From NCBI GenBank assembly GCA_031458695.1, contig JAVKJW010000007.1, positions 31,694 through 95,693 on the forward strand: DNA of 64,000 nucleotides, written 5' to 3'. Numbering within the stretch: the stretch's first letter is position 1; every line of letters begins with the position of its first letter. Under the pieces are notes generated by a model that had not been told where the DNA came from, did not search any database, and saw only the letters and a list, made by a program, of their open reading frames with translations. Made by a program: the position numbers and the translations under genes. This stretch comes from Candidatus Thermofontivivens primus. GTDB lineage: Bacteria; Sysuimicrobiota; Sysuimicrobiia; Sysuimicrobiales; Thermofontiviventaceae. Positions 1 to 7,440 of this stretch are shown in pieces.

Positions 1-400
1 GATGCAGATCCGCAACAACTACGAAAAGGAGGTGTTCAACGGGGACATCGGCCGGATCGTCGGGGTGGACTTGGAGGACCAGGAAGTGGTTGTCCGTTTT
101 GAAGATCGCACCGTCTCTTACGACTTCACCGAGCTGGACGAGCTGGTCTTAGCCTATGCCATCAGCGTCCACAAGAGCCAGGGAAGCGAGTACCCCGCTG
201 TCATCCTGCCCCTCCATCCTTCTCACTACGTGATGCTCCAGCGGAACCTGCTTTACACCGCGATCACGCGGGGGAAGCGGCTGGTCGTCCTGGTGGGGAC
301 GAAGAAGGCGCTGGTCCTCGCCGTGAAGACCGTCAGGACCCAAAAGAGGTGGTCGCACCTGGAAGCCCGGCTCCGGAGCACATCCCTGTCCTTCCCATGA
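1..400 (+). CDS. recD2: ATP-dependent RecD-like DNA helicase, C-terminal part (gene starts before window)
   Basis: NNYEKEVFNGDIG, LAYAISVHKSQGSEY and LQRNLLYTAITRGK are the UvrD_C/RecD2 C-terminal motifs. Confidence 0.93.
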   Translation, partial: MQIRNNYEKEVFNGDIGRIVGVDLEDQEVVVRFEDRTVSYDFTELDELVLAYAISVHKSQGSEYPAVILPLHPSHYVMLQRNLLYTAITRGKRLVVLVGTKKALVLAVKTVRTQKRWSHLEARLRSTSLSFP

Positions 401-486
401 ACACAGCGGTTTGGGAACACCTCGGAGATCACTAGCCAAACGTCCTTCGGATTGAGCCCGCGCCGAGGTGGAGTGGATGAAGATAT

Positions 487-1572
487 ATGGCGCGCAGTAA
501 GTCGTCTTTAACCCAGGTCCTGCTCTCCTGGTATTCCCAGAATGGCCGCCAGCTTCCGTGGCGGAAAACAAAGGACCCATATGCCATCTGGATCTCTGAG
601 ATCATGCTCCAACAGACCCGGGCGGAGGTCGTGATCCCCTATTACGAGCGGTTCCTGCAGGCCTTCCCCACTGTCCAGGCGCTCGCCCAAGCGCCCCTGG
701 ATACCGTCCTGCGCTTGTGGGAGGGGCTGGGGTACTATTCCCGCGCGCGGAACCTCCACCGCGCGGCGAAACAGATCGTCCGCCACGGCGGGACGTTCCC
801 CCGCGATGCGAAGGAGTGGAAGGAGCTGCCGGGCATCGGCCCCTACACAGCGGCTGCGTTGGCAGCTATCGTCAACGGCCAGGACGCCATTGCCCTCGAC
901 GCAAATCTGCTCCGGGTGGGAGCAAGGCTCTTTGGGGAACGAGGGATCGTGACCTCCCCAGTTGTGCGCAAGAGGATCGAGAGGCGATTCCTGGAACTCC
1001 TGCCGCCTGGCAAAGCCGGGACGTTCAACCAGGCCCTCATGGATTTGGGGGCAACGGTGTGCCTTCCTAGGAATCCCCGGTGCGAGGCCTGTCCACTCCG
1101 GAGGTTTTGTGTGGCGCAGGCAACAGGCCAGCAGGAGAAAATCCCCGTGCGCGCTCGACGCAGGGTCCGCCCGCACAAGCAGTTCATTGCTGCTGTGCTC
1201 CAGGATGAGCGCGGGCGGCTCCTCCTCGTTCGGCAAGCCGACCGCGGGATCTGGGGTGGCCTATGGACGCTTCCCTATGTGGAGGCAAGGTCGTGGAGGG
1301 AGGCCCGCCCCAAGCTTGAGGCAATCACGGGAACCCGAATGAAGAGAACTGCCGGGAGGTCCCCCTATAGCATAACCCACACGTTTACCCACTTTACGGC
1401 AACCTACACGGCGATCCCAGCTATCCCTACGACCCGCGTCCGACACGGCCGCTGGGTCCGCCCTGAACAGCCCAACCTCGCTGTCCCGGTCCCTCACCGC
1501 AAGCTCCTGCAGGCCTTTTCCCGGGGAGGATTCGGAGCCATTCCTCATGCTCGAACGCCTTCAAATCCTTGA
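487..1572 (+). CDS. mutY: A/G-specific adenine glycosylase
   Basis: WISEIMLQQT, WEGLGYYSRARNLH, HhH LPGIGPYTA, Fe-S loop CLPRNPRCEACPLRRFC, C-terminal NUDIX-like domain. Confidence 0.95.
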   Translation: MARSKSSLTQVLLSWYSQNGRQLPWRKTKDPYAIWISEIMLQQTRAEVVIPYYERFLQAFPTVQALAQAPLDTVLRLWEGLGYYSRARNLHRAAKQIVRHGGTFPRDAKEWKELPGIGPYTAAALAAIVNGQDAIALDANLLRVGARLFGERGIVTSPVVRKRIERRFLELLPPGKAGTFNQALMDLGATVCLPRNPRCEACPLRRFCVAQATGQQEKIPVRARRRVRPHKQFIAAVLQDERGRLLLVRQADRGIWGGLWTLPYVEARSWREARPKLEAITGTRMKRTAGRSPYSITHTFTHFTATYTAIPAIPTTRVRHGRWVRPEQPNLAVPVPHRKLLQAFSRGGFGAIPHARTPSNP

Positions 1573-1736
1573 AGAGACCATCAGCTTCTTCACGGAGTTC
1601 GAGTCCAGGTTTTCATTAGAGCAGGAACCTTTTGCGCCATGAGTACGCCCGCGTGGACTTGATAAAACTCTATGGGCTTCTGGACCACCTCGAGGATTTC
1701 CGGCATTTTGTGATGGCCGTGAAGGACTTGCTATGA
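1547..1736 (+). pseudogene. Internally deleted HepT/DUF86 (HEPN) toxin relic
   Basis: ATG 1547 gives MLERLQILEETISFFTEFESRFSLE. A different frame from 1623 gives RNLLRHEYARVDLIKLYGLLDHLEDFRHFVMAVKDLL* with the HEPN R-x4-H motif. The middle of the protein is missing. Confidence 0.7.
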
Positions 1737-1820
1737 TCCCCCCGGGCACCCACGAGGAACTTTGTCTCCTTGCATCGAATTCTAGAAAAACATTAAAAAA
1801 GTATCAAAGAGGGATCGGGT

Positions 1821-2498
1821 ATGGCTGAAGCAAAAGTGCATGGGTTCTTGTTCTTGCGCGTTCCCGCGGGATTGCGGAATCCCCAAGGGGCAAAGAGGAC
1901 CAAAGAAGCCGTGGAAGCCGCAGAGCGAACGGAAGGCGTCTTGGCCATTTACCCGTATAGCCTCGTCGGCCTCCGCGCCGATGCTGATCTTGGCTTTTGG
2001 ATCGCGGCCACAGATCTGGAAAAGTACCAATCCGCTGCCAGGGAAATCCTGCATACAGGCCTGGAGGTGACCTGCACCCTGTGGGGATTCGTGCGGCCGT
2101 CGCAGTACACCGGTCGCTCTGGCACAAGCGTCCAGGTCCCTGGAAAGCGCCTGCGCTACCTCATCGTCTACCCCTTCTCCAAGACCCACGCGTGGTACCA
2201 GCTCCCTGAAGAAGAACGGCGGAATATGATGAGGGAGCATGCCCGCGTAGGCCATGGCTTTAAGGGGATCGAGCAGCTCCTCCTGTACTCCACCGGGCTC
2301 GCCGACTGGGAGTTCGTGGTGGGCTACGAGACCGACGACCCCGAGCGCTTCTCCGAACTCGTCATGGCCCTCCGGAGCACAGCGGCGCGGCCTTACACCC
2401 TCCGGGATACGCCCATCTTCACAGCACGCTCGGGATCCCTAGAGGAGATCCTCGAAGAGGTCTTCGGCACAGGGATCAAAGCTGAAGTCGGGACCTAA
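1821..2498 (+). CDS. chdC: Chlorite dismutase family protein, probably coproheme decarboxylase (ChdC/HemQ)
   Basis: YPFSKTHAWYQLPEEERRNMMREH and STGLADWEFVV motifs; no signal peptide. Confidence 0.8.
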   Translation: MAEAKVHGFLFLRVPAGLRNPQGAKRTKEAVEAAERTEGVLAIYPYSLVGLRADADLGFWIAATDLEKYQSAAREILHTGLEVTCTLWGFVRPSQYTGRSGTSVQVPGKRLRYLIVYPFSKTHAWYQLPEEERRNMMREHARVGHGFKGIEQLLLYSTGLADWEFVVGYETDDPERFSELVMALRSTAARPYTLRDTPIFTARSGSLEEILEEVFGTGIKAEVGT

Positions 2499-2505
2499 AC
2501 CAAGG

Positions 2506-3564
2506 CTACCCCCTCCTTCGCGCACGGAGAGTATTCCCCAGGAAGACCAAGAGGGCGAGCACGTTGAGCAATCCACCCCAACGCCTCCCGGGGATCCAAA
2601 GGAGGAGGTCCGAGGCGACCCGGAGGGCCAGCGAGAGGTGCAGGAGGATGAGGTGCGCGTAGAAGCTAGGCTGGAAGGAAAGGGGAAGGCCGAGGATGGC
2701 CGGGAAGATGATGGGGGCGTGCCCGAAGATCATGGCGAAGACGAAACCTAAGAAGAAGGTATGGAGAATGGCGTCGTAGCGCGGCCCTGCAGGCTCCCCA
2801 AAGAAGAAGAGGGTCGCAAGCCCGCTCAAGCCTAGCCAGGCATAGCCGGAGAGGAGGCAGATCGCCGTGAACCTCGGCAGACCCGGCTCCCGGACCGTAC
2901 GGCGGGCGATGTCCTGCAGGAGGAACCAGAGAGCAAGCGCCACCATAGCTACACCAGATATCCTGAGCCCTCCCATAAACCAGAAGGGGCTCACGACGAT
3001 GCCGACCGAAAACAACCCTAAGGCGATCACGAACGCGCTCCGGCTTCCCGCAGAGAGCCGGACGAGGCGCGAGAGCTCAAGCCTCTCCCCTGCAATGGTG
3101 AGGGTGAGGAAGGCGATCCACCACGGAACTGCCCGGAACAGGGGAGTGCCCGCCGCCCAGAGGAGGTTCCCGACAAACCAGGCCACCGCGCCACCGGCCA
3201 TGGCGATGGTGAACACCGTTGTCTGGCGTCGCACGATGGCAAGGAAGACCGCCACAAACCCGAGGCTCCCGAGCACCATCAGCCACTGGCTGGGTAAACC
3301 CAGAATGAGGGCGACGGCGCCAAGCCCCGTGAGGAGCGGCGCGCTATAGGACCAGGCTTGCCCAAGCGCGACAGCCCTCTCTAGACCGATCAAGGTTCCC
3401 AGGAACCCGGAAACCATGAGAGGGCCGTGAGAAGCTGGAAATGCGCCCCTCAGGCGCGGGAGATCCCACCCGATCCTGAGGAGACCTGCCCACATCCCCA
3501 GAAGGAGCGCGAGGAACCCCAGCGCCAGGAGAGGGAAGCGAAGGCGTCGCAAACCCTGGTTCAT
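2506..3564 (-). CDS. NnrS-like polytopic membrane protein
   Basis: About 11-12 TM helices; HGPLMVSGFLGTLIGLERAVA and HTFFLGFVFAMIFGHAPII motifs; start ATG 3564 overlaps the upstream stop (ATGA). Confidence 0.7.
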   Translation of the reverse strand: MNQGLRRLRFPLLALGFLALLLGMWAGLLRIGWDLPRLRGAFPASHGPLMVSGFLGTLIGLERAVALGQAWSYSAPLLTGLGAVALILGLPSQWLMVLGSLGFVAVFLAIVRRQTTVFTIAMAGGAVAWFVGNLLWAAGTPLFRAVPWWIAFLTLTIAGERLELSRLVRLSAGSRSAFVIALGLFSVGIVVSPFWFMGGLRISGVAMVALALWFLLQDIARRTVREPGLPRFTAICLLSGYAWLGLSGLATLFFFGEPAGPRYDAILHTFFLGFVFAMIFGHAPIIFPAILGLPLSFQPSFYAHLILLHLSLALRVASDLLLWIPGRRWGGLLNVLALLVFLGNTLRARRRG

Positions 3565-3926
3565 CGCTTTGTCTTCATCCGCCGCTCGATGATCCTCTTG
3601 AGCACGCTGCGGTGGCAATATTCCTCGTCCTCGCAGGTACACAGGAGTGTGATGGTCTCGCTGCGGGCGCGGCGGGCGAGTTCTTCTACGCGAGCCTGTG
3701 CCTGTGGGTCAGCCTCAATCTGGGCTTCATACCGGCGTGCAAACTCCTCCCAGCGGAGCCGCTTCCCCTTCCATGCCTTAATCAGCTCAGGGGCTGTTCC
3801 GAGCTCCTTGTACCACGCGTGGAAAGCCTCCCGCTTGACCCCACGCGGGTACAGGCGCATGACGAGGATCCGTGTCCCGTCCTCGGGGGAAGGCGCGTCG
3901 TAGACGCGTTTGGTCTGCACCGGCAT
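3561..3926 (-). CDS. DUF488 (YeaO-like) protein
   Basis: KRVYDAPSPEDGTRILVMRLYPRGVKRE ... LLC...CHR pattern. Confidence 0.85.
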   Translation of the reverse strand: MPVQTKRVYDAPSPEDGTRILVMRLYPRGVKREAFHAWYKELGTAPELIKAWKGKRLRWEEFARRYEAQIEADPQAQARVEELARRARSETITLLCTCEDEEYCHRSVLKRIIERRMKTKR

Positions 3927-3942
3927 GGGATCCCCCTCCCCC

Positions 3943-4386
3943 CTACAGGACGCTGACGGACCTGCGCTCGGCCCACTGCGCTCCTAGCTGGGTCAGGGTT
4001 TCCTCTCCCAGGATCTGGCCCGCCATGGGGAAGAGGACCTGTTCCTCCTTGGCGAAGTGCTGGCGCGCCACCTGGAGGGCGTGCACCAGGAGGCCGCGCG
4101 CCTCCACAAGGTCGTCCACGTTCGGGATCCTAGAAAGGGTCCCCTCGATCTCGTTGTGCTCCGCCCGCATCACGGCGAGCGGCCCCATGGGGCCCAGGTG
4201 AGGGTCTAAGGAGGGGAACAGGACATCCTCCTCCAAGCGCGCATGCGTAGCGAGGGCCGCAGCGAGCAGCGCGGCCTGGGCATGGACCTCTCCCACCGTC
4301 TCTGTGTGGGGCAGGACCTGCTCCAGGTGAGTGAACTGAGCGTAGAACACGCCGTGCTCTCCAAGCAAGGCATCGGTGATCTTCAT
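3943..4386 (-). CDS. Hemerythrin-like (HHE) domain protein
   Basis: LLGEH, HARLEEDVLFP, MRAEH, HFAKEEQVLFP repeats. Confidence 0.88.
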   Translation of the reverse strand: MKITDALLGEHGVFYAQFTHLEQVLPHTETVGEVHAQAALLAAALATHARLEEDVLFPSLDPHLGPMGPLAVMRAEHNEIEGTLSRIPNVDDLVEARGLLVHALQVARQHFAKEEQVLFPMAGQILGEETLTQLGAQWAERRSVSVL

Positions 4387-4485
4387 CCCTCTCCCCCCTT
4401 TGTTATCCATCCCTTTCCCACCAAGCAGGATGTTTTATCCGCACGGTTCCTCGTTTCCAGGCGAGCGGGGAACCCCCTTTCTGTA

Positions 4486-4701
4486 TCAGAACCTCTCCTG
4501 GCCGATAGCCTCTATGAGCTCGTCGAGGAAGCCCTCCAGGGGGAGCCCATAGATCCCGGCCACCTCGGCCACCGTCTCAAAGGGTGCCGCTGCGCAGCCT
4601 ACGCAAGCCATCCGGTGTGAGAGGAAGACAGGGATGGCCTGAGGCCACCGGCCAAGCACCTCGGAAACCGTCAATCCCTCAAGATGGCGATCTTTTGCCA
4701 C
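4486..4701 (-). CDS. DUF1858 domain protein (hybrid-cluster-associated redox disulfide-like)
   Basis: TVSEVLGRWPQAIPVFLSHRMACVGC..APFETV.E.A..YG pattern. Confidence 0.8.
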   Translation of the reverse strand: MAKDRHLEGLTVSEVLGRWPQAIPVFLSHRMACVGCAAAPFETVAEVAGIYGLPLEGFLDELIEAIGQERF

Positions 4702-4720
4702 GGCAGCCTCCGCCTGGCGT

Positions 4721-5440
4721 TTATCTCCCTACCTTCCCAATGCGCACCCGCCACACCTCCGGCCCTTGCTCCATGTACTCCCAGGTGAACTCTCCTTCCC
4801 GCTCATACTTGAACTGGTAATACAATGGCTTTGGATCGTGGTCGTTGATCAGGATGAACGCCTCCCCCGGCCTGAGCCCATCGAACGCCTGGAAGATGAG
4901 TGGGTGCCTCTGGGGCGGCGGGGTCCCCCGCACATCGAGGGCTTTGACCTCCCCTCCGGAGTTTCCGTGGAAGGCGGCGTGCATCCCCTTGAGGACTTGC
5001 TCCTGGTTCGCCTCGGAGAGGTAGCGCTCGAACAGCGGGAGGTAGACACGCTCCTCCTTCTCCAGGTGAACCCTCAAGAGGGCTTCTAGCTGGAGGGCTT
5101 GGTCGCGGAGCTTCCTTTCGAGAGCGGGTCGTACGCCCTCTCCCGCTTCCTGCAGGGCTTTTACCGTCTCCTCGATGCTATGGATGTAGCCTGCGATGAA
5201 CTCGTGGTCGATACTCATCGTGGCCGTCGCCTGGCCATAGGACTTGACCAAAGGCTCCACTGCAGGATACAAGGAACGCTCCTCCCCCACGGCATGGGGA
5301 AGCAGATCCCCCTTCAGAAAGGCAACGAGCCCTTCTGCATCCTCAAGCTCTCCACCGCGTTCGAGCGCGGAGAGCCTCTCTGTGAGCTCTTTCAGGAGCG
5401 CACGGTGGTGCGCGCGAATCGCCTCACCAACCTTCCCCAT
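4721..5440 (-). CDS. Hemerythrin-like domain fused to a C-terminal DUF2249 domain
   Basis: HAVGEERSLYP / HLEKEERVYLP, plus LDVRGTPPPQRHPLIF...NDHDPKPLYYQF...GPEVWRVRI (DUF2249). Confidence 0.88.
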   Translation of the reverse strand: MGKVGEAIRAHHRALLKELTERLSALERGGELEDAEGLVAFLKGDLLPHAVGEERSLYPAVEPLVKSYGQATATMSIDHEFIAGYIHSIEETVKALQEAGEGVRPALERKLRDQALQLEALLRVHLEKEERVYLPLFERYLSEANQEQVLKGMHAAFHGNSGGEVKALDVRGTPPPQRHPLIFQAFDGLRPGEAFILINDHDPKPLYYQFKYEREGEFTWEYMEQGPEVWRVRIGKVGR

Positions 5441-5485
5441 CGCTCTCCCTCCTCGTGGTGATCTCCCTTGGGTCGGACAGCATCG

Positions 5486-5528
5486 AGTATACTCAAGCGA
5501 GGCGGCAGGTCTTTGCGCTAGCGCAAAC
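5486..5528 (-). promoter_or_regulatory. Class II Crp/Fnr-type promoter: NnrR/DNR-like box plus -10 TATACT
   Basis: Palindrome TTTGCG-CTAG-CGCAAA at 5512-5527; minus-strand TATACT at 5491-5486 puts the box centre at about -41 from the inferred start site. Confidence 0.8.
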
Positions 5529-6252
5529 GTTCACCGCCTCCCGAGGAGAGATCCTCTGCGATCGCCACAAGCCCGTGGGGGAACCGGATGAGGATGCGAG
5601 CTCGTCGGCTCTCGATCAGCCCTCGTTGCTCCCAGCGGGCAAGGATGCGGCTTGCGGTGTAGATGGTGGTTCCGGCCATCTCCGCGAGGTCCTGGCGGGA
5701 GAGGGGGAGGTCGATGAGAACTCCTCCTTCTACCTTCCGGCCGGACTGCCGAAGGAGGCGAAGGAGGGCGCGGGCGATCCTCTGCTCCACCCGTTCAGTG
5801 GCCATCTCCCTCAGCCGGTCCTGGAGCTCCTGGACGCGGTCTGCGAGGAGATGGAGGGCGTTTACCGCCAGACGGGGAAAGCTTTCCATGAGCCGGGACA
5901 TCGTCTCCCCATCCCAGCACAGGGCCGTGCACTCCTCTACGGCCTGCGCCGAAACAGGGTAGGTCGCGTCCCCCAACGCCGCGATCCCCCCAAACATCTC
6001 TCCATCCCTGACAAAGCGCAGGAGCACCTCCTGGCCCTCGGGCGTCGTCTGGGTCAATCGCACCCGGCCGCGGAGGAGGATGTAGAGGAACCTTGCTGGA
6101 TCTCCTTGGTGGAAGAGGAACTCCCCTTTGGGGAAACGGCGGGTCCGCGCCCGATGGACGATCTCCTCGAGTTCCGGAAGGCTGAGGCCAGAGAACAGGG
6201 GAATCCCCTGGACAATGGAGAGATCGTGGGGAGGAATACCCGCAGTAGGCAT
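5518..6252 (-). CDS. Crp/Fnr family transcriptional regulator (DNR/NnrR/HcpR-like)
   Basis: cNMP-binding fold (LFHQGD...GEMFG) and HTH LSRQDLAEMAGTTIYTASRIL; lacks the FNR N-terminal Cys cluster. Confidence 0.92.
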   Translation of the reverse strand: MPTAGIPPHDLSIVQGIPLFSGLSLPELEEIVHRARTRRFPKGEFLFHQGDPARFLYILLRGRVRLTQTTPEGQEVLLRFVRDGEMFGGIAALGDATYPVSAQAVEECTALCWDGETMSRLMESFPRLAVNALHLLADRVQELQDRLREMATERVEQRIARALLRLLRQSGRKVEGGVLIDLPLSRQDLAEMAGTTIYTASRILARWEQRGLIESRRARILIRFPHGLVAIAEDLSSGGGERLR

Positions 6253-6408
6253 GGGAACAGGCCTCTAGATTCCTTCTGTGCACATTATACCTAGCTGGGA
6301 GGAGGTTGCAAAGCAAGCCGGCAAGGAGAAATGCTCCACGGGCTCGTAATATAGGGTTATGTGCCCTGGCAAAAGCCTTTTTGCTGGGGTTACGGAGAGG
6401 TGAGGGGG

Positions 6409-7440
6409 ATGGAGGAGGTCGGTGAGGGGATCTTCCGCCTCCAGGTGGAGATGCCAGGCCCCCTTGGGTCTGTTAATTGCTTTCTTCTCGAGGGCGGAGG
6501 CGAAGTGGTGCTCGTGGACACAGGGCCGGATGTAGCCGTCTCCCGGCAAGCTCTCTTGCGGGAGCTGCGTGCCCTTGGGAAACGCCTCGAGGAGATCACC
6601 CGCATCCTCATCACCCATGGACACCCGGATCACTGCGGGTTCGCCAAGCGGGCCCGGCAGGACCACGGGATCCCCTTCTGGATCCACCCGCTGGATGCCG
6701 AGTATTACGCCAGGATGCACCGAGGAGAACTTACTCTCCAGGCCCAAACCTGGATCCGTCGCGAGGTACCTGAAGAAGCTGTCTCACAGATCGAGATGGG
6801 ACTTTGGGGGATGATGGGGATCGTCCAAGAGGAGATCCCATGGGATTCCTGCGACATCCCAAGAGAGGTCCCCGATCAGAAACCCATGGTGTTCCATGTT
6901 GGCGAGATGGAGTGGAGAGTCTTCCACACCCCCGGGCACTCCCCTGGGCACGTGTGCCTGTACGAGCCTCACCTTGGGATCCTCCTCAGCGGAGACCTTG
7001 TGCTCCCCCAGGAGACTCCCCACATTGGGCTAGATGGGAGCAATTCAGGAGATCCCCTGGCCAACTACCTCGCCTCCCTTCACCTTCTGGAATCCCTCCC
7101 TGCGCGGCTCGTCCTGCCAGGCCACGGGGAGCCTTTCCACGATTTGGGGGAGAGGATCCTCGAGCTCCGCGCCCATCATCAGGAGCGACTCCACCTGATC
7201 CTCGAGGCTGTGCGGGAAGGGGCTCAGGGGATCTACGAGGTAGCCCAGCGCATCCGCTGGACTCCAAAGAAAGTCTCCTTTGGAGAGTTGGATCCCATCA
7301 ACCAGTTCCTGGCGCTCCAAGAGGCCGCAGCGCACCTGGAGCACCTCGTCGCAAGAAACTGCCTCCAGCGCATCCCCAGCGAGGGGCCCACGCGGTTCGT
7401 CTTCCTCACAGAGGAAGGTGTCCTGGGGAAAGGGCTGTGA
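6409..7440 (+). CDS. MBL-fold metallo-hydrolase with C-terminal winged helix
   Basis: THGHPDHCG, HTPGHSPGH, SGD and PGHG motifs. Confidence 0.9.
   Translation: MEEVGEGIFRLQVEMPGPLGSVNCFLLEGGGEVVLVDTGPDVAVSRQALLRELRALGKRLEEITRILITHGHPDHCGFAKRARQDHGIPFWIHPLDAEYYARMHRGELTLQAQTWIRREVPEEAVSQIEMGLWGMMGIVQEEIPWDSCDIPREVPDQKPMVFHVGEMEWRVFHTPGHSPGHVCLYEPHLGILLSGDLVLPQETPHIGLDGSNSGDPLANYLASLHLLESLPARLVLPGHGEPFHDLGERILELRAHHQERLHLILEAVREGAQGIYEVAQRIRWTPKKVSFGELDPINQFLALQEAAAHLEHLVARNCLQRIPSEGPTRFVFLTEEGVLGKGL

Noticed and set aside
1821..2498. True chlorite dismutase (perchlorate respiration)
   Set aside because: No export signal or pcr genes; motif pattern fits ChdC/HemQ-like family members better
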